A stretch of 64,000 nt of DNA, taken from Fidelibacterota bacterium. Lineage in GTDB: Bacteria > Fidelibacterota > Marinisomatia > Marinisomatales > S15-B10. Below the pieces are notes generated by a model. That model did not search any database, was not told the origin of the DNA, and saw nothing but the letters and a program-made list of their open reading frames with translations. A program made the translations under genes and the position numbers. Position 1 is the first letter of the stretch. Each line of letters starts with the position of its first letter. Positions 49,651-58,878 of the stretch are shown piece after piece. The DNA lies in contig JBHIAI010000001.1 in the NCBI GenBank assembly GCA_046861655.1, positions 32,001-96,000 on the forward strand, read 5' to 3'.

Positions 49651-49686
49651 ATATGATAGAATTATATTATTATATTATGATATCAT
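49651..49686. promoter_or_regulatory. TA promoter/operator with 8-bp periodic AT repeats
   Basis: ATATGATA GAATTATA TTATTATA TTATGATA TCAT, overlapping and following TTGAAT at 49647. Confidence 0.6.
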
Positions 49687-49702
49687 TTACCGGGAGGATC
49701 CC

Positions 49703-49933
49703 ATGGGAATGACGACATTGAGGCTTTTGGATGACCAGTTAAAGGCTCTGCGGATGATTTCTGCCCGGGAAGGTCAGTCCATGAATGCAATTCTCCGTGA
49801 ATTAGTAGAGGCGTTTCTGGAGGATTATTTTGACAATCTGGCAGCAGACAAGGCCCTTGCGGAGCAGGACAAAGGAGAGTGGACGGATCTGGATGAGTTG
49901 ATGGATGCTGTCCGGCCCAAAGCTTCGGGGTAA
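49703..49933 (+). CDS. RHH antitoxin (RelB/DUF6290-like)
   Basis: TTLRL...AILRELVEAFLEDYFD; GGGAGG RBS; precedes a RelE toxin. Confidence 0.85.
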   Translation: MGMTTLRLLDDQLKALRMISAREGQSMNAILRELVEAFLEDYFDNLAADKALAEQDKGEWTDLDELMDAVRPKASG

Positions 49934-49977
49934 GAAGTCCCGCATCGGATGGGCCCCTTTTCCGGAAAAATTGAGTT

Positions 49978-50235
49978 GTGAATTATCGGGTGCGGCTCGG
50001 CAAACGAGCCGTGAGGCAGTTCCGAAAACTTCCCGCTGGTATACAGGATCGGATGTACGGGCAGCTTTCTCGCCTTGCGGAAGATCCGTTCGCAGGGGAC
50101 GTGGAGAAATTGAGGGGAAAGAAAAACCGTTTTCGTCTCCGTTCCGGACGCTACCGGGCGATTTATGAGGTTGACCACGCCGTGAAGATCATCTCTGTTC
50201 TTGACGTTGGTCACCGCAAGGACATCTATCGCTAG
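49978..50235 (+). CDS. RelE/ParE family toxin
   Basis: KLRG...FRLRSG.YR.IY...VGHRKDIYR. Confidence 0.92.
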   Translation: MNYRVRLGKRAVRQFRKLPAGIQDRMYGQLSRLAEDPFAGDVEKLRGKKNRFRLRSGRYRAIYEVDHAVKIISVLDVGHRKDIYR

Positions 50236-50251
50236 GCATGAAGGAGTTGAA

Positions 50252-51052
50252 ATGGAATACCGGTTAAGTCCCTCAGACCTGACGTTTCTCTATGAAGGGT
50301 GTAAACACTGTTTTGTGCTGAAGGTCAAGCACGGTATTTCCCAGCCCTCCATCCCCATCCCCGGGGTGTTCAGCGTTATAGGAAGGTTGCAGAAAGAGTA
50401 CTATTCGGGCAGGCGAACGGAAGCATTCTGTCCTGATTTGCCGCCAGGGGTGATTGCCTACGGTGAGAAACGGGTAAGGTCGAGCTCCCTGCGTGTGGCA
50501 GGGTCAGACAGTACGTTGTATATCAATGGCCGGTTTGATATCGCGGCGGAGTTTGATGATGGCTCGTTCGGTGTTCTGGATTTCAAAACGGGAAAACCCG
50601 CCCAGGAGAAAACGGATATGTATGCCCGGCAGTTGCACGCGTACACGCTGGCTCTGGAAGACGCTGCGGACGGGTATTTGAGTCTTTCTCCCGTCAGCCG
50701 GCTTGGGTTACTGTATTTCACTCCGGACCGGTGTGAGCATGATGGCGGGACCCGGCAGGTTCTTGAGGGGGAGATGCAGTGGGTGGAGGTCAAACGGAAT
50801 GATGACGGGTTCAGGGAGTTTCTGGACGATGTCGTTACGTTGTTGGATGGATCCCTTCCTTCGCCTGAGGGCGATGCGTGCGACTGGTGTCGCTACCTGG
50901 AGACGGCCGGTAGTTATGGCGGGGGAGAGGATGGGGGAGATATCCCGGACTGTCCGGTATGTGGCAGTGGCATGCGGTTAAGAACCGGCAAGTACGGGCA
51001 GTTCTGGTCCTGCACAAGGTATCCCGACTGCAAGGGCACCCGGAATCTTTAG
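50252..51052 (+). CDS. PD-(D/E)XK nuclease with C-terminal topoisomerase C4 zinc ribbon
   Basis: LSPSDL..C..CF, GRFD...LDFKT, QLHAY, CDWC and CPVCG..M..R.G.YG.FWSC..YP.C motifs. Confidence 0.88.
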   Translation: MEYRLSPSDLTFLYEGCKHCFVLKVKHGISQPSIPIPGVFSVIGRLQKEYYSGRRTEAFCPDLPPGVIAYGEKRVRSSSLRVAGSDSTLYINGRFDIAAEFDDGSFGVLDFKTGKPAQEKTDMYARQLHAYTLALEDAADGYLSLSPVSRLGLLYFTPDRCEHDGGTRQVLEGEMQWVEVKRNDDGFREFLDDVVTLLDGSLPSPEGDACDWCRYLETAGSYGGGEDGGDIPDCPVCGSGMRLRTGKYGQFWSCTRYPDCKGTRNL

Positions 51053-51265
51053 GATTGGGAACGGGAAACTTGTGGAATGGCTTCGAAAGAGTTCGGGTAC
51101 CAAGTGCCGGGGAAAGGGTAATACCCTTACAAGAGGGTAAAAGAAGAGGTAATGCGGGAATGGGCTCAGTCTATGGGAGTGAGCAGATAGACAATCTCAT
51201 CAATAGGCAAAGGCGGACGTCTTAGCAGAGTTGTTGGGAAGACCAAAGGTTGCACATTTGTCTGT

Positions 51266-51392
51266 AACCGTTGACCCTTATACTTTTCTGGATTTGGATG
51301 TCCAAGATGTCCCCGCGCTCAACATGGAAGATAATCTCTTCGAAGGAGATGCCACGTTCTTCTCTTAATTTTTCATTCTTATCGTTATCCAA
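51266..51392 (-). pseudogene. BrnT-like toxin fragment
   Basis: DNDKNEKLREERGISFEEIIFHVERGDILD, then a frameshift to HPNPEKYKGQR; the C-terminus is absent. Confidence 0.7.
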
Positions 51393-51476
51393 TATCAACA
51401 CATCAGAGGGGATCGCCGCTCCCGAAGGTCCGGGAGCGGCAATGACAGGATAGTGGCTACTTAAGGAGCGGTAAGC

Positions 51477-51941
51477 TTACTCTGAAGCCGGGGCTTCCGG
51501 CTGGGGTTCCTCAGGCGCTTCCGGTGCTGCCTCTCCGGGTTTGCCGTAGACCAGGCCGATAGCCAAACCGGCCGCTGCCACCTCCAGGGTGTAGACAAGG
51601 ATCATGACCACGGTGGGGCCAAAGCCCACCGGGAACGCCAGGTCAAAGAAAATCCCGAACGGTATGGCTGCGAAAAGGCCCAGAAAAATGCCAAACCGGA
51701 GCCCCTCGCCCGCAGGCGCTCCCCCTTCGTATCCCTTGGGAAACAGGTAGGCCATGATCAATACCATGGCCAGGACGGCGATCAAGGGCAAGTACATTGG
51801 CCCTTCCATGGATGCTCCTGTTGCTTCCATGACGTTTGTTTCAATGTAGCTCTTGAAGATGAGTTGCTCCAGGATGACATAGGCGACGACATTGCCGACG
51901 AAACCCCCCAGGGTTGCGAGTAGGAATTTCTTAGTGTCCAT
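51477..51941 (-). CDS. Four-TM membrane protein (DUF1761-like)
   Basis: AGGAGG RBS; four hydrophobic segments; EGLRFG motif. Confidence 0.75.
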   Translation of the reverse strand: MDTKKFLLATLGGFVGNVVAYVILEQLIFKSYIETNVMEATGASMEGPMYLPLIAVLAMVLIMAYLFPKGYEGGAPAGEGLRFGIFLGLFAAIPFGIFFDLAFPVGFGPTVVMILVYTLEVAAAGLAIGLVYGKPGEAAPEAPEEPQPEAPASE

Positions 51942-52048
51942 GCTTCACCCTCCTGTGGTTTGGTGATTGCTCAAGGTGGGAGAATTTAGTCTTACTCCGG
52001 GGCCGACGGCAAGCGAAAGTCAAGCTTGTTCATGGTTACCCCTTGCAA

Positions 52049-52080
52049 GTGATATTGTAATATTGTAATATCACGATATC
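52049..52080. promoter_or_regulatory. TA operator palindrome with 8-bp periodicity
   Basis: GTGATATTGTAATATTGTAATATCACGATATC. Confidence 0.7.
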
Positions 52081-52096
52081 AAATGGAGGTTCTTAC

Positions 52097-52306
52097 ATGT
52101 CAGCAACGACGTTGAGACTACCCGAAGAAAAACTAAGAGCGCTTCGTGTGGTATCCAGCCTTCTGAATAGGCCCATGAGCAAGATCATTGAAGGACTGGT
52201 AGATGAGTTCCTGGAGGACTACTACGATCTGAAAGAGGCCGAAGAGGCCCGGAAAGAGGAAGGGACGATTCCCTGGGAGGTTGTGAAGAAGGAACTGGGA
52301 CTGTAG
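52097..52306 (+). CDS. RHH antitoxin (RelB/DUF6290-like), paralog of 49703-49933
   Basis: TTLRL...LVDEFLEDYYD...IPWEVVKKELGL. Confidence 0.88.
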   Translation: MSATTLRLPEEKLRALRVVSSLLNRPMSKIIEGLVDEFLEDYYDLKEAEEARKEEGTIPWEVVKKELGL

Positions 52307-52307
52307 C

Positions 52308-52568
52308 TTGTCCCAATATGGTATAGAGTTTAAGCCGGCCGCCAGACGGGGTATGGCGAAATTACCCCAAGATATACAAAGAAGGATTGGTCAGCAAATT
52401 GACTCTCTGGCCTCCAATCCCCTTCCCCCGGGGGTCAGGAAGTTAACAGGCAGTAAGAATACCTACCGTGTCCGTGTTGGCGATTATCGTATTCTGTATG
52501 ATCTCTACCAGGGCAGATTAGTTGTTCTCATTGTGGGGGTTGGTCATCGTCGCAATGTTTACAGGTAG
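52308..52568 (+). CDS. RelE/ParE family toxin
   Basis: NPLPPGVRKLTG...YRVRVGDYRILY...VGHRRNVYR. Confidence 0.93.
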   Translation: MSQYGIEFKPAARRGMAKLPQDIQRRIGQQIDSLASNPLPPGVRKLTGSKNTYRVRVGDYRILYDLYQGRLVVLIVGVGHRRNVYR

Positions 52569-52569
52569 G

Positions 52570-53088
52570 GTGACAAATTTCTTGGTGACGGGACGGCCCG
52601 GAGTGGGAAAGACCACCCTGGTGGAACAGGTGGTGAAGAGGCTGAACGTGCCGGTGGGGGGCTTTTATACCCGGGAGATCCGGGAGAGGGGAAGACGCGT
52701 GGGCTTTAGCCTCTCCACCTGGGAAGGGCAAACTGGGACCCTATCCCACGTGGAGGTTGAAAGCCCCTTTCGAGTGGGGAAATACGGGGTCAATATCCAG
52801 GTAGTGAACGACATCGGAGTGCCCGCCATTGACGAGGCCGTGGCCAGTGGGAACCTCATCGTGATCGATGAGCTGGGCCGCATGGAACTGTTTTCCAAAA
52901 AGTTTCAACAGGTTGTTCTGGAAGCTCTGGACAGCGAGGTCCCTCTTCTGGGCTCTATCCAGGAACGTCCCCACCCGTTTCTGGATGCCATCCGGAACCG
53001 ACCCGATGTGGAACTGATTCATATCACCCTGGAAAACCGGCATGACCTGGTGAGAGAGATCGTGAGACGGTTAGGAGGCAGGGGTTAG
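52570..53088 (+). CDS. NTPase_1 (HCR-NTPase-like) P-loop NTPase
   Basis: TGRPGVGKTT, GGFYT.EIR, VGKYGV and IDELGRME motifs. Confidence 0.92.
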   Translation: MTNFLVTGRPGVGKTTLVEQVVKRLNVPVGGFYTREIRERGRRVGFSLSTWEGQTGTLSHVEVESPFRVGKYGVNIQVVNDIGVPAIDEAVASGNLIVIDELGRMELFSKKFQQVVLEALDSEVPLLGSIQERPHPFLDAIRNRPDVELIHITLENRHDLVREIVRRLGGRG

Positions 53089-53126
53089 AGCCAGTTGGCA
53101 GTAACAGGCCAGTAACCAGGGACCAG

Positions 53127-53609
53127 TCAGGGGATGTTCTTTCCCGATGGATCGGGACGGGTTGACTGAGATTTTTTCTCGAGCTTTCGGATCCGTTCGA
53201 TCTGTTTCAGATTCCACTCGTCGTCACTGTAGGGAGTGCCAAACCAGGCATCCAGGATTTCCTTTAAGACCGCTTCCGGCGTGGACCGGAGGCTCAAAGC
53301 CAGTACGTTGGCATGGTTCCAGATGCGGGCCCCTTTGGCCGTTTCCGCATCGTGGCACAGAGCCGCCCGGACACCGGGAACCTTATTGGCCGCGATGGAA
53401 CATCCGGTGCCGGTCCAGCACATGACCACGGCCTCATCTGCTTTTTTGTCCACGACCTGCTGAACCGCCTTTTCGGTCACCTCCGGCCAGTCCAGCGATT
53501 CGTCCCCTTCCGGACCGAAATAGATGACCTCGTGACCGCGGGTCTTGAGCTCTTTCAGAACCGCCTCCACCAGGTGGGTCCGTTCATCCGTGCTGACGGC
53601 GAGTTTCAT
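53127..53609 (-). CDS. RpiB/LacA/LacB sugar-phosphate isomerase
   Basis: CWTGTG.SIAANKVPGVRAA and WNHANVL motifs. Confidence 0.92.
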   Translation of the reverse strand: MKLAVSTDERTHLVEAVLKELKTRGHEVIYFGPEGDESLDWPEVTEKAVQQVVDKKADEAVVMCWTGTGCSIAANKVPGVRAALCHDAETAKGARIWNHANVLALSLRSTPEAVLKEILDAWFGTPYSDDEWNLKQIERIRKLEKKSQSTRPDPSGKNIP

Positions 53610-53634
53610 GGGGTAAAATTTAAGCCGCGGGTTG

Positions 53635-53738
53635 GACGAATTACACGGAATATAGGGAACCACGAACGACACGATTGGGAGGCATACGCATTACGAATTA
53701 CGCATCATGCTTCGTCCCTTCGTCAAGCTCAGCATGAC
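53635..53738. repeat. Cluster of short intergenic repeats including a REP-like hairpin
   Basis: ACGAATTACACG/CACGAACGACACG and TACGCAT-TACGAAT-TACGCAT units; TCATGCT...CTTCGTCAAGCTC-AGCATGA hairpin (53705-53737). Confidence 0.6.
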
Positions 53739-53746
53739 AGAAGGGG

Positions 53747-56239
53747 ATGGTCACCCCGAGGCTTTTGCGTGACCTTGAAGCTTTTCCTGTCACCAAGCAT
53801 CCAGTTGAGCGAAGCGAAATGAAAACAAACAGGTCTGCTGAGCTTCTGATCAAGCTCTGCCACCGGGAAGTCCCGAAACGGTATGATCCCATCACCACGC
53901 AAGTATTAAAAAGATTGACCCATGAACTGGACATCATCATCGACAGGGGATACGCCGACTATTTTCTCATCGTGTGGGATGTCGTCCAGTGGGCCAGAAA
54001 AAAGGGCATTCCCGTGGTGGGCCGGGGATCGGCGGCGGGGAGCTTAGTGTCTTACCTGCTGGGGATCACCCCGGTGGATCCCCTCAAACACCGCCTGCTG
54101 TTCGAACGGTTCTTGAACCCCGAACGCCAGGAGCCCCCGGACATTGACATCGATCTGTGCTGGAAACGGCGTGATGACGTCATTGAATACGTGTACAAGC
54201 GGTACGGCAAGGACAGGGTGGCCATGATATCCACCTACAATACCTACAAGCTTCGGGGAGCCGTGAGGGATGTGGCTCGAGCCATGGGACTGTCGGAAAC
54301 GGAAATCAACGGACTGGCGAAGACTCTACCGCGGTCCTTCGAGACAGACGAGGACGAAAACGGAATGTTGCACCCCCCCCGGTCCTCCCTCCAGGGAGGA
54401 AGAAAAGGGGATGTATCCCCTGAGGGCGATGGTCGCTACGGGGAGGTCTTTGCCATGGCCAGACGATTGTTGAACCGGCCCCGCCATATGGGCATCCACG
54501 CCGGGGGAATCGTCATTGCTCCCGACAGGATCACAAAATACGTCCCCCTTCAGCCGTCGACCAAGGGACCCGTGGTCACCCAGTTCGATATGCATGGGGT
54601 GGAGAAGATGGGACTGGTGAAAATCGACCTTTTGGGTCAGCGGTCCCTGACGGTGGTGGCGGACATGGTGAAAACCTTGAAGGGAAAATACGGAATCCGG
54701 TTTGATCTGGACCGCATGCCGGCCATGGATGAAAAGACCAAGGCCCTGGTTCGAGCCGGCCGGACCATAGGGGTGTTTCAGATTGAGTCGCCCGGAATGC
54801 GGGGGCTGCTGAAAAAGCTGAACGTGGATTCTTTTGAGATGATCACCGCCGCCAGTTCGGTCATCCGGCCTGGACCGTCCGATTCGGGGATGCGGCGCCA
54901 TTTCATCCTGCGCCACTACGGGAAAGAGAAGGTACAGACACCCCACCCAGCAATGACGGAGATCTTGAAGGAAACCTACGGGGTTATGCTCTATCAGGAA
55001 GATGTGATCAAGATCGCGGAAGCCATTGCGGGGTGGAGTCTGGGAGCATCGGATAAACTCCGCCGGTCCATGAGCGGGAAAAGGGTGGAAGAGCCGTTCA
55101 TGGAACACCGGGACCGGTTCATCCGGGATGCGGTAAAACGGGATATCAACGTGGATGCCGCCGTAGAGATCTGGCGGCAGATGGAAGCGTTTTCGGGGTA
55201 TGCCTTCTGTAAGGCCCATTCGGCGGCTTATTCGGTGATTTCCGTTCAGTGCGCGTGGCTGAAGGCACACTTTCCGGCGGAATTCATGGCGGCGGTCATG
55301 TCCAATTACGGAGGGTTCTACCATACCTCCTGTTACCTGGAGGAGGCCAGGCGGATGGGAATTAAAATTTTGCCGCCGGATGTGAATACATCTGAACCGC
55401 ATTTTACGGCCCAGGATAAAGTCGGGGGAACCAACGCGACCCCCTGGATACAGGTGGGGCTTCTTCAGGTAAAGTATCTTACCCGGGCCACGCTGACCCG
55501 GATCCTGGAGAAGCGCCAGGAACGCCCATTTGAGTCACTGGAGGATTTCTGCCGGCGGGCAAACCCGTCCTACCGGGAAGCAGAATCCCTCATCCGGTGC
55601 GGCGGATTTGATTGGTTTCCGTACACCCGTCCCCAGCACCTGTGGAGGCTGAAGCTCATTTTCGACAGGATCAAGGATTCGGGAAACCCCTCCGACACCC
55701 ACGAAGAACTGTTTCCTGAGACCGTAAAAATCCAGGGGATGCTGGCGGGAAGATCCCGGCGGTGGACCGGATCCTGGCGCGGCGGGATGGTATGGGAAAA
55801 ACGCCAGTTTCCGGACGTCATGCCGGAGGTGGATTATCCCCTGGAAAAAAAGCTGAGGGACGAACTGGAATTGATGGAACTCACCGTGGAAAAACATCCT
55901 CTGTGGATGTACCGGAATGCTCTGAAGACTTGTTCGGAAAAAGTGGGACCGTTTGTCCATGCCAGGGATCTGGACACCTGCCGGGGGAAACGGGTCAGGA
56001 TGGTGGGATGGATGATCACCACCCGTCAGGCCCGGGCGAAGGGAGGAAAACTGATGCAGTTTCTTTCCTGCGAGGATTTGACCGGCACCTTTGAATGTAT
56101 CCTTTTCCCGGAAACCTACCGGAAATACGGCCGGCTTATCCGTGACCGGGGACCGTATATCATCGCGGGAACTGTGGAAGACGATTTTGGCCACACCCCG
56201 GTCAGGGTGGACAAACTCACCCTTGTTAGACGTCCATGA
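53747..56239 (+). CDS. dnaE2: DnaE2-type DNA polymerase III alpha core lacking the PHP domain (start 53747 or 53819)
   Basis: RL..EL.II, GRGSAAGS, LFERFL, PPDIDID, HAGG, KIDLLG, YAFCKAH and an OB fold; no PHP domain and no intein. Confidence 0.88.
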   Translation: MVTPRLLRDLEAFPVTKHPVERSEMKTNRSAELLIKLCHREVPKRYDPITTQVLKRLTHELDIIIDRGYADYFLIVWDVVQWARKKGIPVVGRGSAAGSLVSYLLGITPVDPLKHRLLFERFLNPERQEPPDIDIDLCWKRRDDVIEYVYKRYGKDRVAMISTYNTYKLRGAVRDVARAMGLSETEINGLAKTLPRSFETDEDENGMLHPPRSSLQGGRKGDVSPEGDGRYGEVFAMARRLLNRPRHMGIHAGGIVIAPDRITKYVPLQPSTKGPVVTQFDMHGVEKMGLVKIDLLGQRSLTVVADMVKTLKGKYGIRFDLDRMPAMDEKTKALVRAGRTIGVFQIESPGMRGLLKKLNVDSFEMITAASSVIRPGPSDSGMRRHFILRHYGKEKVQTPHPAMTEILKETYGVMLYQEDVIKIAEAIAGWSLGASDKLRRSMSGKRVEEPFMEHRDRFIRDAVKRDINVDAAVEIWRQMEAFSGYAFCKAHSAAYSVISVQCAWLKAHFPAEFMAAVMSNYGGFYHTSCYLEEARRMGIKILPPDVNTSEPHFTAQDKVGGTNATPWIQVGLLQVKYLTRATLTRILEKRQERPFESLEDFCRRANPSYREAESLIRCGGFDWFPYTRPQHLWRLKLIFDRIKDSGNPSDTHEELFPETVKIQGMLAGRSRRWTGSWRGGMVWEKRQFPDVMPEVDYPLEKKLRDELELMELTVEKHPLWMYRNALKTCSEKVGPFVHARDLDTCRGKRVRMVGWMITTRQARAKGGKLMQFLSCEDLTGTFECILFPETYRKYGRLIRDRGPYIIAGTVEDDFGHTPVRVDKLTLVRRP

Positions 56240-56388
56240 CGGGAAACCTTACCGGGGGGCTCTAGAAGGGGGACGGACGGGAAGGATCGGAAGGGACGAG
56301 GCCGTGAACCTGTTCATTGTTCGCGGCCGTTGTCCTTTCTATATTTCACCGCTTAGATGAATCTCCTCACGGCGTGCACCACCGATCC

Positions 56389-58842
56389 ATGAAACCCTGG
56401 GTTCAGATCAGCCTGGTTCTGGGAGGGATCATCCTGGTTGCGGTCCTTTTCGCATGGATCTACCTGGATTATCCCCTTCCCCAGTACGAGGGGGAACTGA
56501 CTCTCGGGGACCTGGAACGCCCTGTCGAGGTATTCTTTGATGACTATGGGGTACCTCATGTGTACGCGGACAATGAACACGATCTTTTTCTAGCAGCTGG
56601 CTACATCGCGGCCCGGGAGAGGCTGTTTCAGATGACGGTCAACGCCGCGGCGGTGCAGGGAAAACTGGCGGAATTGTTCGGTGAGGACGCCCTGGCCGAA
56701 GACATATACTTGAGAACCTGGGGGATACCCAAGATGGCCAGGATCCTGGCAGACAGCATGGCCCCGGAGGCGAGAACCATTTCCGGCTATTTCTGCGATG
56801 GCATTAACGCCTACATCGATGAGGTCAAGGGGAAACTGCCTGTGGAGTTCAAGCTTCTCGGTATCCAGCCCCTCCGGTGGGAACCGGCCCACGTGGCCGG
56901 GATGGTCCGGCTGATGGGACACAATCTTACTTCTTCGTGGAAGCCGGAGATTGTTCTGGGGCAGGTGGCCACTATTTTCGATGAGAAGAAAGCCAGGGAA
57001 GTATGGCCCGCTCATCCTGAAGGGTATCGACTGGGGTCCACCGATGGAGAAGAACTTTATGGCCTGTTGGGTACCGCTCTGATGGAGAGGGACAGAAGCG
57101 TCAGGAACATCCTGGGGATGGCAGGAGATCACCTGGGGTCCAACAACTGGGTGATCTCCGGAGCCCGGACCGCCAGCGGAAAACCCATTCTGGCCAACGA
57201 TCCCCATCTTCCATACTCCCAGCCGGCTACCTGGTACGAAATGCACCTGGTGGGGGGACGATTCAATGTGAGCGGGGCGTGCCTGGCCGGAATCCCCGTT
57301 CCGGTCCTGGGACAGAATGGGGCCTGCGCCTGGGGGTTTACCAATCTCATGGTGGATGATGTGGACTTCTTTGTGGAGACCGTTGATCCAGAGGATCCGA
57401 ACCGGTACCTCCATGATGGTGTGTGGCTGGGTATGGATCTCCGGGAAGAGACCCTGTCCGTCAAAGGAGGGATGGATACCACCGTGACCATCCGGGAAAC
57501 AATCCACGGCCCGGTCATTTCAGATATTCACCCCCTACTGAGGAATGGGGACCGAGTTGTTTCCATGCGGTGGTCGGGGCACGATGTGAGCGATGAGATT
57601 TACGGTCTTCTTCAGCTCACCCTGATGAGGAACTGGGAGGATTTTTCCCAGGCCGCCCGGTCCTTCGGAACTCCGGGACAGAATGTGGTCTATGCCGACA
57701 CAGCAGGCAACATCGGGTGGCGGCCCTTTGCCCGGATTCCGATCCGGAAGGGAGGAGCCACGGCGATGCCCGTATCGGGAACATCATCGGAATGGGACTG
57801 GAAGGGATACATCCCCTTCGACGAGATACCCTTTGTGCTGAATCCTCCATCGGGACTCATCGCAACCGCCAACAACAAAGTCTTCGATGATTCCTACCCT
57901 TATTACGTGTCGGACTTCTGGCAGGATCCCTCCCGGGTCAACCGGGTCTGGGAGTTGATCGGGGATGAAGACGCCATCACCATGGACATGGTGAAGAAAA
58001 CCCAGACCGACGTGGTGTCTCCCTTCGCCCGGGAGGCAGCCAGGTATTTTGTGGAGGCGTTTAAGACCGAAACCATATCCCCCCGTCCGGAAGGGCCGGA
58101 AAGTCAGAGGTTGGAAAAGAGGAATCTGGAGAGAGCCGTAAAGCTTCTGGATGGGTGGGATGGTGACCATTCGGTTGAATCGGCGGCTGCGGCCGTATTC
58201 AATGCTTCCCTGTCCCGGTTGTTCGAGAATCTTTATGGCGATGAAATGAGACTGATGGGGGAGGGGTTCTATGAGGGGTGGTTGAGCCTTCCCAGTTTGC
58301 CCACGAAAGACCTGCGCCGCATTCTGAGGGGAGGTTCCTGTTCATGGTGTGATAACATCGAAACCAGGGATAAGGTGGAAGGGGTGCAAGATCTTCTGAG
58401 ACGTTCTCTCCAGGAGGGAGTGAGAGACCTGGAAAGAGCTCTGGGGCCTGATCCGGCCAACTGGGAATGGGGTCGGCTTCATACGGTCACTTTTGAACAT
58501 CAAATCGGCCGGGTCAGTGCGATCCTCGAATTCGTGTTTGATTTCAACGTGGGGCCCTATCCGACGGGGGGAACGGTTACCACCATAAACAAGGGGGAAT
58601 TCCGGTTGTATGACCCTTATGATCAGGTAGTGGGGCCTTCGTTCCGGCGAATCGTTGACTTTTCCGATCTTGACCGGACTCAGTTTATCCTTCCCACCGG
58701 CCAATCGGGACTCCCCAAGAGTAACCACTATGATGACCAGGTGTCGTTGTACCTTTCCGGGGAATACCGGACGACCTTTTTCAACCGCGAGACTATACGA
58801 CAGGCCGGCTTTCAACATCTTGTTCTGTCCCCCGGAAGCTGA
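56389..58842 (+). CDS. Penicillin acylase family (S45) Ntn hydrolase
   Basis: D.YGVPH, ERLFQM, GSNNW, ANDPHL, TANN and PTGQSG motifs. Confidence 0.93.
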   Translation: MKPWVQISLVLGGIILVAVLFAWIYLDYPLPQYEGELTLGDLERPVEVFFDDYGVPHVYADNEHDLFLAAGYIAARERLFQMTVNAAAVQGKLAELFGEDALAEDIYLRTWGIPKMARILADSMAPEARTISGYFCDGINAYIDEVKGKLPVEFKLLGIQPLRWEPAHVAGMVRLMGHNLTSSWKPEIVLGQVATIFDEKKAREVWPAHPEGYRLGSTDGEELYGLLGTALMERDRSVRNILGMAGDHLGSNNWVISGARTASGKPILANDPHLPYSQPATWYEMHLVGGRFNVSGACLAGIPVPVLGQNGACAWGFTNLMVDDVDFFVETVDPEDPNRYLHDGVWLGMDLREETLSVKGGMDTTVTIRETIHGPVISDIHPLLRNGDRVVSMRWSGHDVSDEIYGLLQLTLMRNWEDFSQAARSFGTPGQNVVYADTAGNIGWRPFARIPIRKGGATAMPVSGTSSEWDWKGYIPFDEIPFVLNPPSGLIATANNKVFDDSYPYYVSDFWQDPSRVNRVWELIGDEDAITMDMVKKTQTDVVSPFAREAARYFVEAFKTETISPRPEGPESQRLEKRNLERAVKLLDGWDGDHSVESAAAAVFNASLSRLFENLYGDEMRLMGEGFYEGWLSLPSLPTKDLRRILRGGSCSWCDNIETRDKVEGVQDLLRRSLQEGVRDLERALGPDPANWEWGRLHTVTFEHQIGRVSAILEFVFDFNVGPYPTGGTVTTINKGEFRLYDPYDQVVGPSFRRIVDFSDLDRTQFILPTGQSGLPKSNHYDDQVSLYLSGEYRTTFFNRETIRQAGFQHLVLSPGS

Positions 58843-58878
58843 CCAGACCGATGATGGAGCCGGTCCTGATGGCGTCCT

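Noticed and set aside
53091..53130. CAG(T/G) short-period repeats between the NTPase and RpiB genes as a CRISPR-like array
   Set aside because: Too short and degenerate, with no spacers and no cas genes.
44943..53746. Mobile element inserted into dnaE2
   Set aside because: No transposase or integrase, terminal repeats or target duplication; the interval includes core genes such as glnA.
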